NCBI GenBank assembly: GCA_937875855.1
Contig: CALFHF010000144.1
Coordinates: 1 to 60,504 of the forward strand
Reading direction: 5' to 3'
DNA length: 60,504 nt
From: an uncultured Flavobacteriales bacterium
Lineage (GTDB): Bacteria > Bacteroidota > Bacteroidia > Flavobacteriales_D > JABDKJ01
The translations under genes were made by a program, and so were the position numbers. Below the pieces are notes generated by a model, which ran no database searches, was not told where the DNA came from, and saw only the letters and a program-made list of their open reading frames with translations. The stretch's first letter is position 1. Every line of letters begins with the position of its first letter. Positions 18,833 to 29,478 of the stretch are shown in pieces.

Positions 18833-21505
18833 TTAGTCCGCGAGGGTTTGTTTTACTTCTACTTCATCATAGGATTCTATGTTGTCTCCTACTTTGATGT
18901 CATTAAACTTCTCTATGTTCAATCCGCACTCATAGCCTTTAGCTGCATCTTTCACATCGTCTTTGAATCTCTTCAGAGATCCTAGAGCTCCAGAGTAGAT
19001 GACTACACCATCCCGTATAAGACGCATTTTCTGATTGCGTACAATCTTACCATCCAAGACGAAGCAACCAGCAATAGTTCCCACTTTAGAGATCTTAAAG
19101 ACGTCACGTACCTCGGCTGTACCAGTAATACGCTCTTCAATTCTTGCCGCGAGCATTCCTTCCATGGCATCCTTCACTTGCTCTATGGCATCGTAGATGA
19201 CAGAGTAGAGTTTGATTTCCACTTCCTCCTTCTCAGCAAGTCTTCTAGCAACAGCTGATGGTCTCACTTGGAATCCAATCACAATTGCATCGGAGGCCGA
19301 AGCCAAGAGTACATCGTTCTCCGTGATCTGTCCTATCGCACGGTGGATTATTTTCACCTGTACTTTCTCGGTAGAAAGCTTTTGCAATGAATCAGTCAAT
19401 GCTTCGAGTGATCCATCCACGTCACCTTTCAAGACGATGTTAAGCTCCTTAAATTCTCCAAGGGCAATTCTTCGTCCTATCTCATCCAAGGTCACGTGAC
19501 GCTGAGTTCTTACACCTTGCTCACGCTGCAACTGCATACGTCTGTTGGCGATGTTTTTCGCTTCACGTTCATCATCCAGGACATTGAACTTGTCACCTGC
19601 ATTAGGCGCTCCTGCCATACCTAGTACAGTTACTGGAGCTGCAGGTCCTGCCGTTTCTACGGCTGTTCCACGTTCGTTGAACATGGCCTTTATCCTACCG
19701 AAATACTTTCCGGCTACTAGGCTGTCTCCCACTTTAAGAGTTCCCGCTTCTACAAGCAGGGTACTTACATATCCTCTTCCTTTGTCTAGCGAAGATTCAA
19801 TAACAGTACCTACAGCATTCTTGTTAGGATTTGCCTTAAGGTCAAGCAATTCAGATTCCAAGATGACCTTCTCCATGAGTTGGTCAATATTGGTTCCCAT
19901 TTTTGCTGAAATCTCTTGGGTCTGGAATTTTCCACCCCATTCTTCCACCAAGATATTCATGGCAGATAGTGCTTCACGAATCTTATCTGGATTAGCTCCA
20001 GGCTTGTCAATCTTGTTGAAGGCAAAGACCATAGGCACATTGGCCGCTTGAGCGTGGTTAATAGCTTCCTTGGTCTGTGGCATCACTGAGTCATCTGCAG
20101 CGATCACGATAATCGCTACGTCAGTTACTTGAGCACCACGTGCGCGCATCGCAGTAAAGGCCTCGTGTCCTGGAGTATCCAAGAAAGTAATCTTCTTGCC
20201 ATTATCCAGTTCCACTTGGTAAGCCCCGATGTGCTGTGTGATTCCTCCTGCTTCTCCTGCGATGACATTGGCTTTACGCACATAGTCAAGTAAGGATGTC
20301 TTACCGTGGTCAACGTGACCCATAACAGTAACAATAGGAGATCTAGAGATCAAATCTTCTTCCGCATCTATTTCCTCTGTGATGGATTCTTGAATATCAG
20401 CAGAAACAAACTCCACTGTATAGTTGAATTCCTCAGCGATAAGGGTGATGGTCTCAGCATCCAATCGTTGATTGATAGAAGCAAATATTCCCAAGGTCAT
20501 ACAAGCCGAGATGATTTCCGTTGCCGGCATTTCCATCATGGTCGCTAGTTCAGAAACGGACACGAATTCTGTGAGTTTGAGGACTGTTTCCTCTTCTCTT
20601 AATCGCTCTTCATGTTCTTCGGTACGTTGAGCTACAGCATCACGCTTCGCTCTTCTGAGTTTAGCAGATTTGTTCTTCCCACCTTGACCTGAGAGTCTGG
20701 CAAGAGTTTCTTTAATCTCCTTCTGAATGGACACCTCAGATATCTCTGCTCTTCCTCCGCCTGCAGGATTTACTTTGCCTTGCTTGGCTTGTTTGCCCAC
20801 TTTATCGACATCCACTTTCGGCTTGACGATACGCTTGCGCTTTCTTTTCTTATCCGATTCTACGGGAAGTACAATCTTTCCGAGAACAGTGGTTCCTTTA
20901 AGCTTGTCAGCCTTAGCTATCACCATTTCTGGCTCTGTATTCTCAGGTAGAGGTTTAGGCCCTGCATCTACTGCTGCTGGCTTTTTCTCTTCAACTTCTT
21001 TAGCCGCTAGTTCCTCCTTCGCTTCAGGCTTTTTCTCTTCTACTTTCGCTTCAGGAACTACTACTTCAGGTTCCTTCTCTTTAGCTAAAGGTTTTTCCAC
21101 TACTGGTTCTTCCTTAGCCTTTTTTGGGGCTTCTAGGTCAATTTTCTTGACCACAGTGGCGCCCGCCAATCTCTCTACAGTAGGCTTAACCAAAGTAGGT
21201 TCTGGTGCTTTCTCCTTAACTAAAGGAGCCTCAACAGGCTTTGGAGCCATCTTAGCTTTAGCAGTCTCAATGGCCACTGCGGCATGTTCCACAGGCTCGA
21301 TAGGAGACTGGGCCATGGATTCTTTCTTAATCTTCCTGTCAGCCGCGAAGGCATTGAGCAGGAGGTCATACATCTCACTGGTAAGTTTAGAGTTGGGATT
21401 GGTCTCGACTTCAAACCCCTTTTCTGCAAGAAATTCTACAACGTGTTGAATCCCAAGATTTACTTCTCGAGCCGCTTTACTTAATCTGATCGCTTTTTCC
21501 GCCAT
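18833..21505 (-). CDS. infB: Translation initiation factor IF-2
   Basis: 890 aa. K/E/P/A-rich N-terminal region and GTPase motifs ([24 protein letters not shown]). Confidence 0.97.
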   Translation of the reverse strand: MAEKAIRLSKAAREVNLGIQHVVEFLAEKGFEVETNPNSKLTSEMYDLLLNAFAADRKIKKESMAQSPIEPVEHAAVAIETAKAKMAPKPVEAPLVKEKAPEPTLVKPTVERLAGATVVKKIDLEAPKKAKEEPVVEKPLAKEKEPEVVVPEAKVEEKKPEAKEELAAKEVEEKKPAAVDAGPKPLPENTEPEMVIAKADKLKGTTVLGKIVLPVESDKKRKRKRIVKPKVDVDKVGKQAKQGKVNPAGGGRAEISEVSIQKEIKETLARLSGQGGKNKSAKLRRAKRDAVAQRTEEHEERLREEETVLKLTEFVSVSELATMMEMPATEIISACMTLGIFASINQRLDAETITLIAEEFNYTVEFVSADIQESITEEIDAEEDLISRSPIVTVMGHVDHGKTSLLDYVRKANVIAGEAGGITQHIGAYQVELDNGKKITFLDTPGHEAFTAMRARGAQVTDVAIIVIAADDSVMPQTKEAINHAQAANVPMVFAFNKIDKPGANPDKIREALSAMNILVEEWGGKFQTQEISAKMGTNIDQLMEKVILESELLDLKANPNKNAVGTVIESSLDKGRGYVSTLLVEAGTLKVGDSLVAGKYFGRIKAMFNERGTAVETAGPAAPVTVLGMAGAPNAGDKFNVLDDEREAKNIANRRMQLQREQGVRTQRHVTLDEIGRRIALGEFKELNIVLKGDVDGSLEALTDSLQKLSTEKVQVKIIHRAIGQITENDVLLASASDAIVIGFQVRPSAVARRLAEKEEVEIKLYSVIYDAIEQVKDAMEGMLAARIEERITGTAEVRDVFKISKVGTIAGCFVLDGKIVRNQKMRLIRDGVVIYSGALGSLKRFKDDVKDAAKGYECGLNIEKFNDIKVGDNIESYDEVEVKQTLAD

Positions 21506-21546
21506 GTAACGTCTGGTCGCTTAAATATAATTTTTATGGTTCATTT

Positions 21547-22785
21547 TCATGAATCCAATTCGTCCTTGAGAATCTTCAATACTTCTTTAATAGTCACATC
21601 CTCTAGGTCAGTCCTCTTCACTAATTCTTCCTCTGAAATCTCTAATACGCTTCTTGCCGTATCGCATCCGATAGCTTTCAGCTCATCGATGATCCAGCCA
21701 TCGATTTCATCGGAGAATTCTTCCAAGTCAACGTCATCGTCTATCTCATCTCCATCACGGTATACATCTATCTCATAGCCAGTCAAGCGACCAGCAAGTT
21801 TGATATTGTGTCCTCCTTTTCCTATGGCCAATGACACTTGATCAGGCTTCAAGAAAACCGCTACGCGCATCTTCTCACTATCTATTTCCATAGAAGTAAT
21901 CTTCGCAGGGCTCAATGCTCTGGTGATCAAGAGTTGATCATTCGAGGTATAGTTAATTACGTCAATATTTTCATTCTTCAACTCACGTACAATGCTATGG
22001 ATTCTAGATCCTTTCATTCCTACACAAGCTCCTACTGGATCTATACGATCATCGTACGATTCCACAGCTACTTTAGCCCTTTCACCCGGCTCACGTACAA
22101 TTTTCTTGATGGTTATAAGACCATCGAATACCTCAGGCACTTCCATCTCGAACAGACGCTCAAGGAACTCAGGAGCGGTGCGAGAAAGGATAATGGCAGG
22201 CGTGTTGTTACGCATCTCAACTTTAGCGACTACGGCACGCACTGAATCTCCTTTTTTGAAGAAATCAGTTTTGATCTGCTCTGACTTTGGCATGATCAAT
22301 TCATTTCCTTCATCATCAAGGATGAGGATTTCTTTTCTCCAGATTTGATATACTTCTCCAGTGACAATCTCTCCTACTCTTTCCTTGTACTTATTAAAGA
22401 TATTTCCTTTCTCAAGGTCATCGATGGTAGACTTCAAGAACTGACGAAGAGTAAGGATGTTCCTTCTTCCGAAATCTTCAAGTTTAATTTCTTGGGATAC
22501 TTCTTCTCCTATCTCGAAGTCAGCTTCTATCTTGATTGCTTCAGAGTAGGCGATTTGAGAGTTCTCATCCTCCAAGTCATCATCTGGAACAATCTCACGA
22601 TTCTGCCATATCTCCAAGTCACCCTTGTCAGGGTTCAAGATGATATCGAAATTCTCATCAGTTCCATATTTCTTGATGAGGGTATTCCTGAACACCTCTT
22701 CAAGGATGTTCATCATGGTGACTCGGTCAATGTTCTTGAATTCCTTGAACTCCGAGAATGATTCGATAAGGGTGGCGTTATTCAT
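21547..22785 (-). CDS. nusA: Transcription termination/antitermination factor NusA
   Basis: 412 aa with S1 and KH domain signatures (GEIVTGEV..., GACVGMKGSRI, AIGKGGHNIKLA). Conserved rimP-nusA-infB order. Confidence 0.95.
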   Translation of the reverse strand: MNNATLIESFSEFKEFKNIDRVTMMNILEEVFRNTLIKKYGTDENFDIILNPDKGDLEIWQNREIVPDDDLEDENSQIAYSEAIKIEADFEIGEEVSQEIKLEDFGRRNILTLRQFLKSTIDDLEKGNIFNKYKERVGEIVTGEVYQIWRKEILILDDEGNELIMPKSEQIKTDFFKKGDSVRAVVAKVEMRNNTPAIILSRTAPEFLERLFEMEVPEVFDGLITIKKIVREPGERAKVAVESYDDRIDPVGACVGMKGSRIHSIVRELKNENIDVINYTSNDQLLITRALSPAKITSMEIDSEKMRVAVFLKPDQVSLAIGKGGHNIKLAGRLTGYEIDVYRDGDEIDDDVDLEEFSDEIDGWIIDELKAIGCDTARSVLEISEEELVKRTDLEDVTIKEVLKILKDELDS

Positions 22786-22799
22786 TGCTTAAAGAATAA

Positions 22800-23264
22800 T
22801 TAGAAAACGATTTTTACAAGCGTCTCTTTGATCTCAGACATGGGAATGTTCACCTGTTCGATGACCCATTCTTTAGCCTTACGACCTTCAATTCGTTTTT
22901 TCTCTTTTGTCTCTATTATGATATGATTCTCTTCTGCTACCAAGAGTGTTCCTTCCAGTTTTTCTCCTTCTATTCGCCTCACTATCACTGGTCGGCCAAT
23001 GTTCTTGATGTACTGCTTGAAGACTCTGAAGGGTTTATCCAATCCCGGAGAGGTGACTTCCAATGAGAAATCTTCAGTTTCCCTATCCAAGTTATGCTCT
23101 ACTTGTCTGCTCATCTTAATACAATCAGTAATTGACGTAGCCTTATCCAAATTGTCTAGTTCTATGTAGATCTTATTTCCAAGTTGGATGTCCAATGCTA
23201 CGATGAACTGCTCAGGAGCAAGTACTTCGTCAATTAAGTCTTGTATTTTTTTCTCAGTAATCAA
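22800..23264 (-). CDS. rimP: Ribosome maturation factor RimP
   Basis: 154 aa with LEVTSPGLDKPF, immediately upstream of nusA. Confidence 0.9.
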   Translation of the reverse strand: MITEKKIQDLIDEVLAPEQFIVALDIQLGNKIYIELDNLDKATSITDCIKMSRQVEHNLDRETEDFSLEVTSPGLDKPFRVFKQYIKNIGRPVIVRRIEGEKLEGTLLVAEENHIIIETKEKKRIEGRKAKEWVIEQVNIPMSEIKETLVKIVF

Positions 23265-23290
23265 TCTCAGAAATCAAAGCGTTCAGGATA

Positions 23291-23319
23291 AAACAAAAAA
23301 GAGGCTCATGCCCCTCTTT
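23291..23319 (-). terminator. Rho-independent terminator after the MORN-repeat gene
   Basis: On the minus strand: AAAGAGG-loop-CCTCTTT followed by TTTTGTTTT. Confidence 0.75.
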
Positions 23320-23386
23320 CCTTCCTTCATATCACGTTATCGCTGCAAAGATAATCAAAAAGCAGTCCCGAACAATCTTATCGGGT

Positions 23387-24970
23387 TTAGTGCTTTTTAG
23401 AGTCGGTCTTGATTGGGCTGCCATCCTTGTACTTAGTCTCTTCTAAGATTTTCCCTCTTTCCGTATAGATTCGACATGTCCCGTCCCTCCTGTTGTTCTT
23501 ATAGCCGCATTCAGTCTCAATCTGTCCGTTCGTATAGTAATCTACCACTTGCCCATAGAGCTTTCCCTCTAGATACGCGCAGCTGCGCATGATACCTCCA
23601 TGCGGGAAGTAATAGTTCCATTTTCCCTGAGGATGCGCATTCTGGAAGATTCCCTCACTAATCAGAATACCTCCTTTGCCATAGGTCTTCCATGGGCCAT
23701 GTTTCACACCATTCTTGTAATAGCCTTCTTCCTCCTTCTTCCCATTTTCAGCCCAGAAGATCCAGTTTCCGTCCTTCGCTTCGGCTATCCATGAGCCTTG
23801 GTATGACTGACCGCCATTCTCATACCAGCCTTTCCAAAGGCTATCTAATTTTCCATTAAGAAAGGAACCTTCATCCCTTTTCTGTCCATTCTCATACCAA
23901 GAAGTCCAAAGGCCATTCTCCAGACCCTTCATATAAGAACCCTTTTGTAATTCCTTTCCGTTCTCAAACCAGGTTATCCATTCCCCTTCTTCTATTCCCT
24001 CTTCATAGTTCCCTGTGCGCCAAGAAGATCCATCGAGATAGAAATAAGACCAAGTGCCTGTTCTCCTGCCAAGTGAGTAGTCTCCTTCGTAATTAATCTT
24101 TCCATTGCTGTGATAATAGGTCCAATGTCCATCTTGCTTGCCTAAGTTGAAAGCCCCTTCTATGTCCTTTAGTCCCTTCTCATCCCACCATACCCAAGGG
24201 CCATCTTTAGTTCCTTTAGAGAACCCTCCTCTGACCTCGAGCATGTCAGCTGTCTGATATTTCTCATACGGCCCGTTCAGGCTGTCCTGCGCATAGCTCA
24301 TGCGCTCAGATACCTTTCCTTCTCTGAAGAAATTTTCCCACAATCCTGATTTTAAGCCTTTGTCAAAAGTTCCTTTTTCCTTGATTTCACCGCTAGGAGA
24401 ATAGGATTCATACGTTCCATGAAGAAGTCCATTCTCATAGAGTGATTGTGATTTCAAACCTCCGCTCGGATAGATTTCTTTCAATTCCCCTTTGCCATCC
24501 TTAATGAATTGCAGGCCTTTCTCATCCCAAGATTGCTGCAGTCTCATAATGCCACTTGCGTGAGATTCCACAGCACCGGGGCTGCCATCAAAATTGAAAT
24601 AACTCCAGGTTCCAGTTTTCTTTCCAAGCCTATACATGCCTTCTTCCAAGAGCACACTATCGCGGGAGAACACACGCATAATGCTGTCTTGCTTGCCCAT
24701 ATACCAATAGGCCTCTATGTTCAGCTTTCCATTGCTGTGATAGACCTTAGAAGAACCGTTGTATTTGCCTTTAAAGAAATTACTCTCTTCCCTTAGTTGT
24801 CCAGTTTCATACCAATACTTCCAGGTACGATGCTCCATCCCACCGAAATAGATGCCTTCACTTCGTTTCTGTGTTTTGGCATTATCCCAATAATCTATAT
24901 AGGAAGCTTCTTGTGCTTGGGATGAGATAAAAAGGCTAACAAAGAATAATAAGGAGAGCGTTTGGCGCAT
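23387..24970 (-). CDS. MORN-repeat-variant (YwqK-like) secreted repeat protein
   Basis: Trimmed to MRQTLSLLFFVSLFISSQAQ. About 20 tandem ~23-aa repeats of the G.W..Y..NG....EG.Y..G...G.W type. Confidence 0.8.
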   Translation of the reverse strand: MRQTLSLLFFVSLFISSQAQEASYIDYWDNAKTQKRSEGIYFGGMEHRTWKYWYETGQLREESNFFKGKYNGSSKVYHSNGKLNIEAYWYMGKQDSIMRVFSRDSVLLEEGMYRLGKKTGTWSYFNFDGSPGAVESHASGIMRLQQSWDEKGLQFIKDGKGELKEIYPSGGLKSQSLYENGLLHGTYESYSPSGEIKEKGTFDKGLKSGLWENFFREGKVSERMSYAQDSLNGPYEKYQTADMLEVRGGFSKGTKDGPWVWWDEKGLKDIEGAFNLGKQDGHWTYYHSNGKINYEGDYSLGRRTGTWSYFYLDGSSWRTGNYEEGIEEGEWITWFENGKELQKGSYMKGLENGLWTSWYENGQKRDEGSFLNGKLDSLWKGWYENGGQSYQGSWIAEAKDGNWIFWAENGKKEEEGYYKNGVKHGPWKTYGKGGILISEGIFQNAHPQGKWNYYFPHGGIMRSCAYLEGKLYGQVVDYYTNGQIETECGYKNNRRDGTCRIYTERGKILEETKYKDGSPIKTDSKKH

Positions 24971-25046
24971 TATGATTATATGATATTGGAACAAAGCTAC
25001 TATCTTGAATGGGTATGAGAGTCCGTCTTTTTTGAACGAAGCGTAA

Positions 25047-25081
25047 AGAAAACAAAAAGCCCATCCTTAAAAGGACGGGCT
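25047..25081 (-). terminator. Rho-independent terminator after tRNA-Gln
   Basis: Minus strand: AGCCCGTCC-TTTTAA-GGATGGGCT (with G-U pairs) followed by TTTTGTTTTC. Confidence 0.75.
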
Positions 25082-25088
25082 TTCATTG

Positions 25089-25161
25089 TTGACCCACCAG
25101 GGCTCGAACCTGGACTCTTCTGAACCAAAATCAGACGTGTTGCCAGTTACACCATGGGTCA
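25089..25161 (-). tRNA. tRNA-Gln (anticodon UUG)
   Basis: Cloverleaf folded by hand:
- acceptor TGACCCA/TGGGTCA;
- D-stem GTGT/ACAC;
- anticodon stem TCTGA/TCAGA with loop TTTTGGT (anticodon TTG);
- T-arm CCAGG-TTCGAGC-CCTGG.
CCA is not encoded. Confidence 0.93.
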
Positions 25162-25344
25162 ATACGGCCTTTTTTCAAAAGCGAGGCGAAATTATCAAAT
25201 ATTTCAATGCTACAAAAGCCTTTTATATGCAGAACCCTAGCGTATTAGACTTTATTCCTTGTTAAAGCTAGTTATTCAGCAAAGACTGGACCCTTATCAG
25301 TATCAATTATTTCTACCTTCGGTGCCATTCCGATAATACAAGGT

Positions 25345-28300
25345 ATGCCTTTCAACAGACTTAACATTCTTCTTGGCTGGATAACATTCGCCATTACCTC
25401 TTTCGTTTATCTTTCTAGCATAGAACCTACAGCCAGTTTCTGGGATTGTGGTGAGTTCATTGCCACGGCTTATAAGCTAGAAGTAGGACATCCCCCCGGA
25501 GCCCCCTTCTTTATGATTCTAGGAAGGCTGTTCTCAGCCTTCGTGCCCATGGAGAATGCAGCTATGGCGATTAACGTGCTTTCAGCTCTTTGTAGCTCCT
25601 TCACAATCCTCTTCTTGTTTTGGACAATCACTGCCTTCGGAAGGAAACTTGCGACTTTGAATGGTAAAATGATGGATACAGGTGCAGGAATTGCAGTTGT
25701 AGGAAGCGGACTTGTAGGTGCAATGGCCTATGCCTTCTCTGATTCCTTCTGGTTCTCAGCTGTTGAAGGCGAAGTATATGCGATGTCATCATTATTCACA
25801 GCAGTAGTTTTCTGGGCTATTTTGAAATGGGATGCAGAATCTGACGATGCCCGAAGTGATAGATGGATCATTTTCATAGCGTATCTGATGGGACTTTCCA
25901 TTGGAGTGCACTTATTGAACTTGCTGTGTATCCCGGCTATCGCGTTGGTGATTTACATGAAGCGTTATAGCTATACTCATAAAGGGCTGATTCTCACTGG
26001 GCTGTTGTCAGTGGCTATACTTGGGTTCATTCAATCAGGAATCATTCCAGGTATTGTGAAAATGGCGGGTGGCTATGAGTTCTTCTTTACCAATACCTTG
26101 GGCAGAGGCTTCAACGCAGGGGTGGGAATATTCAGCATCCTTCTAGTGGCCTTTATCGTGCTCATGCTCATGTATGCACATTCACCAAGCAAGAAACTCT
26201 GGACCATCAGCACCGTGGTCATAGTATTGATCACTTTACCCTTGTTCTTCTCTAAATTCATGTCGGCAAGTCTCTTGTTCTTCGTGGCTTTGATTGCAAC
26301 CGGACTGGTCTATTATACCTACAAGATTCAAGAACCAAGCAGATTGCTTCAAGTGAGCATCATGTGTTTCACAGTAATCATGATTGGCTATTCCACTTTC
26401 GCAATGATTGTGATACGCAGTGCAGCAAATCCGCCTATGGATGAGAATAATCCTGAGAACGTATTTACCCTACTCTCGTATTTGAACAGAGAGCAGTACG
26501 GTGACCGCCCTTTATTGAAAGGACATTACTGGATGGCCCCTACTGTCGGAACTGAAGATGGTGACCCTGTGTATATGAAAGCTTATGTGGCCAAGAAAGC
26601 CGGCAAGACAGTGAAGACGTTCAACACAGCCTTTGGAGCGCATGAATATGTAGCTCAGAATAGCGGCACTGAGGTTATAGAAGAATACATCGTTTCTGAT
26701 GATCGAAAGAACACGGTCTATAAATACGACACTGAGTTCGAAGCGCTTTTCCCTCGCATGTATAGCAGCCAGCCTAATCATGCTGAGGCTTATAAATTCT
26801 GGAGTGACTTTAAAGGAAAGCCCACGCGCGCTACTGACAGTGAAGGCAAGCGACTGAATGTTCCTACTGCTGGTGAGAACATGCGTTTCTTCATGAACTA
26901 TCAGGTGAACTGGATGTACTGGCGTTATTTCATGTGGAATTTCGTAGGTCGTCAGAATGACCATCAGGGTCATGGAGACATATTAAGCGGAAATTGGTTG
27001 AGCGGAATAAATGCCATAGACAGCCAACGTCTTGGAAGACAGGATAATCTTCCTGAGAGTATGTCGAGCAATAAGGCGATGAACTTCTTTTATTATCTTC
27101 CTTTCTTATTAGGAATTATTGGATTGATTTATCAATTAGTCAAGGACACAAAGAACTGGCTGATTGTCATGTTGCTTTTCTTGCTCACCGGATTGGCTAT
27201 TGTTATCTATCTGAATCAATACCCTTATCAACCTCGTGAACGAGATTATGCCTACGTGGGCTCGTTCTATGCGTTTGCAATTTTTATAGGTCTAGGTGTA
27301 TTTGCGCTCTATGATTCTTTGAAAAATCTAGATGGAAAATCAGCTATGCGCATAGCAGTAGCAGCTTTTGGAACGGCTGCGGTGATCTATCTTATGGAGT
27401 TAAGCTCAGGTGACCATAGTTTCTCTTATAGTATTGTGTACATGGCTTCCCTCGCACTAGTGGCGATGGGACTGATGAAGTTTATAGGAAGCAGAGGAAA
27501 TAGTAGGGTCACAGGAATTGCAGCCACTTTGTTAGGCCTGATAATTCCCTATGTCATGGTCGCAGGTGGATGGGATGATCATAACCGTGCAAAGAGAAGA
27601 ACAGGGGTAGATATCGCTAAGAACTACTTAGACAGTTGCAGTCCAAATTCTATCATTTTCACGAATGGAGATAACGATACCTTCCCTCTTTGGTACGTGC
27701 AAGAAGTAGAAGAATACAGAACAGATGTACGTGTGGTCAACCTAAGCCTCTTGAATACTGATTGGTATGCTGATCAGATGAAGCGTAAGGCCTATGAATC
27801 AGACCCTGTTCCTATATCCTTGACCGAGGATAAATACAGACAAGGAACACGCGATATCGTGCTTGTGAATCCGAAACGAAGTGACCTGAGAGTAGAGCTC
27901 AAGGACATAATTAAATTTGTGGCTGAGGATAAGAATACAGTGCCTATTCGTGGTGCAGGAAACCTTCCCTACTTTCCTACGAATAAGGTGAAAATCACAC
28001 TAGATAAGGCAGATCTATTGAAAAAAGGCGTGATTCAAGAATCTGATTCTTCACGTATAGCTGCAGAAATGACGTGGAATATTCCCGGTAATTATGTAAC
28101 CAAGAACAACTTGTTGGTGTTAGATCTCATTGCAAACAATAATTGGAACAGAGATGTGTATTTCGCAGTGACTACTGGACAGGACACCTATGTGAACATG
28201 GATCCTTACTTCGAATTGACAGGAATGGCCTATAAGATTACTCCATTTAGACATGAAAAGGATCCTAATCCGAATAAGCTCGGTGGAGTCGATACCGAGG

Positions 28301-28845
28301 TGATGTATGACAATGTGATGAATAAGTTCCAATGGGGGAACATGGATAAAGAAGAATTGTACATGGATGAAAACAACCTTCGTCTCACCACAAACATCAG
28401 ATTGCAACTTGCGAATCTTGCAGATGAGCTAATCAAGGAAGAAAAGAATGACCTAGCTCATGATATAATAGACAAGGCCTTTGAAGTGATGCCAGAGCGC
28501 AATGTGCCACTGAATCGTGTGGTATTGCCTTTGATAGAAGGATATGCACGAGTAGGTGATGATGAGAAGGCAAAAGCTTATGCTATGAGGTTGTTCGAAA
28601 TCAATGAAAAAGAGTTGGAATATTTCAGCACCTTGGAAGGGAAGTTTTTGAAGCGCTTGGACGATGAACTGCAAATCAACATGTATGTTGCTCAACGTAT
28701 TCAGTACATGGCCGAGCAGTATGAACTGAAGGAGCTTGGAGATCATGTTAAAGAGAGAATCCCTCTCATGCAAAGTCTATATGAACAGGCCCAGCAAAGC
28801 ATCCAAAATGATGGTCGTAAGTCAGGGGAAAGTGTAAAGTTCTGA
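25345..28845 (+). CDS. DUF2723 (TMEM260-like) large polytopic membrane protein, putative glycosyltransferase, with helical-repeat C-terminus
   Basis: 1166 aa. The N-terminal signature SFWDCGEFIATAYKLEVGHPPGAPFFMILGRLF is typical of DUF2723. There are more than 10 TM segments, then a soluble C-terminal domain. Confidence 0.8.
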   Translation: MPFNRLNILLGWITFAITSFVYLSSIEPTASFWDCGEFIATAYKLEVGHPPGAPFFMILGRLFSAFVPMENAAMAINVLSALCSSFTILFLFWTITAFGRKLATLNGKMMDTGAGIAVVGSGLVGAMAYAFSDSFWFSAVEGEVYAMSSLFTAVVFWAILKWDAESDDARSDRWIIFIAYLMGLSIGVHLLNLLCIPAIALVIYMKRYSYTHKGLILTGLLSVAILGFIQSGIIPGIVKMAGGYEFFFTNTLGRGFNAGVGIFSILLVAFIVLMLMYAHSPSKKLWTISTVVIVLITLPLFFSKFMSASLLFFVALIATGLVYYTYKIQEPSRLLQVSIMCFTVIMIGYSTFAMIVIRSAANPPMDENNPENVFTLLSYLNREQYGDRPLLKGHYWMAPTVGTEDGDPVYMKAYVAKKAGKTVKTFNTAFGAHEYVAQNSGTEVIEEYIVSDDRKNTVYKYDTEFEALFPRMYSSQPNHAEAYKFWSDFKGKPTRATDSEGKRLNVPTAGENMRFFMNYQVNWMYWRYFMWNFVGRQNDHQGHGDILSGNWLSGINAIDSQRLGRQDNLPESMSSNKAMNFFYYLPFLLGIIGLIYQLVKDTKNWLIVMLLFLLTGLAIVIYLNQYPYQPRERDYAYVGSFYAFAIFIGLGVFALYDSLKNLDGKSAMRIAVAAFGTAAVIYLMELSSGDHSFSYSIVYMASLALVAMGLMKFIGSRGNSRVTGIAATLLGLIIPYVMVAGGWDDHNRAKRRTGVDIAKNYLDSCSPNSIIFTNGDNDTFPLWYVQEVEEYRTDVRVVNLSLLNTDWYADQMKRKAYESDPVPISLTEDKYRQGTRDIVLVNPKRSDLRVELKDIIKFVAEDKNTVPIRGAGNLPYFPTNKVKITLDKADLLKKGVIQESDSSRIAAEMTWNIPGNYVTKNNLLVLDLIANNNWNRDVYFAVTTGQDTYVNMDPYFELTGMAYKITPFRHEKDPNPNKLGGVDTEVMYDNVMNKFQWGNMDKEELYMDENNLRLTTNIRLQLANLADELIKEEKNDLAHDIIDKAFEVMPERNVPLNRVVLPLIEGYARVGDDEKAKAYAMRLFEINEKELEYFSTLEGKFLKRLDDELQINMYVAQRIQYMAEQYELKELGDHVKERIPLMQSLYEQAQQSIQNDGRKSGESVKF

Positions 28846-28846
28846 G

Positions 28847-29458
28847 ATGAATTGGAGAAAGCCACCCATATGGCTACTCCGTGTATTATTCCCAGATGTC
28901 CTTTGGAGGGATGAAGGCGCCAAGAAAGGTGTCTTTCACTTAACCTTTGATGATGGTCCATCATCATTCACTGCAGAAATTGCTTCTGTGCTTTCCAAAG
29001 CTGGTCACTCAGCAACCTTCTTTCTTTCCACTGAGCGGCTCAAAGAATTCCCTGATGCAATTGAATTCTTGCGCTCCAAAGGTCATAGTGTAGGTTATCA
29101 TGGTCACACACATCTAGACGCATGGAAGGTCAATGATGATGTTTTTATGAAGGACCTTGAAATATCCTTTAATTCTATGTCTTCACCCCGCTTCAGGCCT
29201 CCCTATGGCCATCTCAGATGGGGCCAATACCAGGCTTTAAAGAGGCGTTTTCAAATAGTCATGTGGGACATTATGCCAGGTGATTTCAAGGTAGCTATGA
29301 GTGCAGAAGCAGTAAATGAATTCCTGCTAAAAAATGTAAGAAGAGGTTCTGTGGTGGTATTACATGATCAGGAGAAAATAGGAGCCAAATCTCTTGAATC
29401 CCTTTCTATAATCTTAGATAGCCTAACAAAAAAGGGCCTCCGTTCAGAGGCCCTTTAA
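28847..29458 (+). CDS. Polysaccharide deacetylase (NodB homology domain)
   Basis: 203 aa with the FHLTFDDGP motif and conserved His (GYHGHTH). Starts 1 nt after the DUF2723 stop. Confidence 0.8.
   Translation: MNWRKPPIWLLRVLFPDVLWRDEGAKKGVFHLTFDDGPSSFTAEIASVLSKAGHSATFFLSTERLKEFPDAIEFLRSKGHSVGYHGHTHLDAWKVNDDVFMKDLEISFNSMSSPRFRPPYGHLRWGQYQALKRRFQIVMWDIMPGDFKVAMSAEAVNEFLLKNVRRGSVVVLHDQEKIGAKSLESLSIILDSLTKKGLRSEAL
29433..29454. terminator. Bidirectional stem-loop terminator between convergent genes
   Basis: AGGGCCTC-CGTTCA-GAGGCCCT, flanked by A5 upstream and T-rich sequence downstream. On the minus strand it is followed by TTTTTTG. It overlaps the last codons of the deacetylase gene. Confidence 0.7.
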
Positions 29459-29478
29459 ACACTTTAAATTTCTTTCTA

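Noticed and set aside
19212-21484. Long plus-strand ORFs antisense to infB (e.g. 19545..20051 at 168 aa, 20727..21449 at 240 aa)
   Set aside because: S/T/A/F-rich low-complexity mirror frames of the K/E/A/P-rich IF-2 gene. infB is unambiguous.
21536-22761. Plus-strand ORFs antisense to nusA (21838..22245, 21992..22348, 22345..22761)
   Set aside because: Shadow ORFs in an AT-rich antisense frame of a highly conserved gene.
25089-25161. tRNA-Gln as an integration site for a genomic island
   Set aside because: No integrase, no direct repeat of the tRNA 3' end seen in the window, and ordinary-looking flanking genes with their own terminators.
26512-26973. 153-aa minus ORF inside the DUF2723 gene (also 28120..28967 minus ORFs)
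   Set aside because: Antisense to a continuous 1166-aa frame with a strong family signature.
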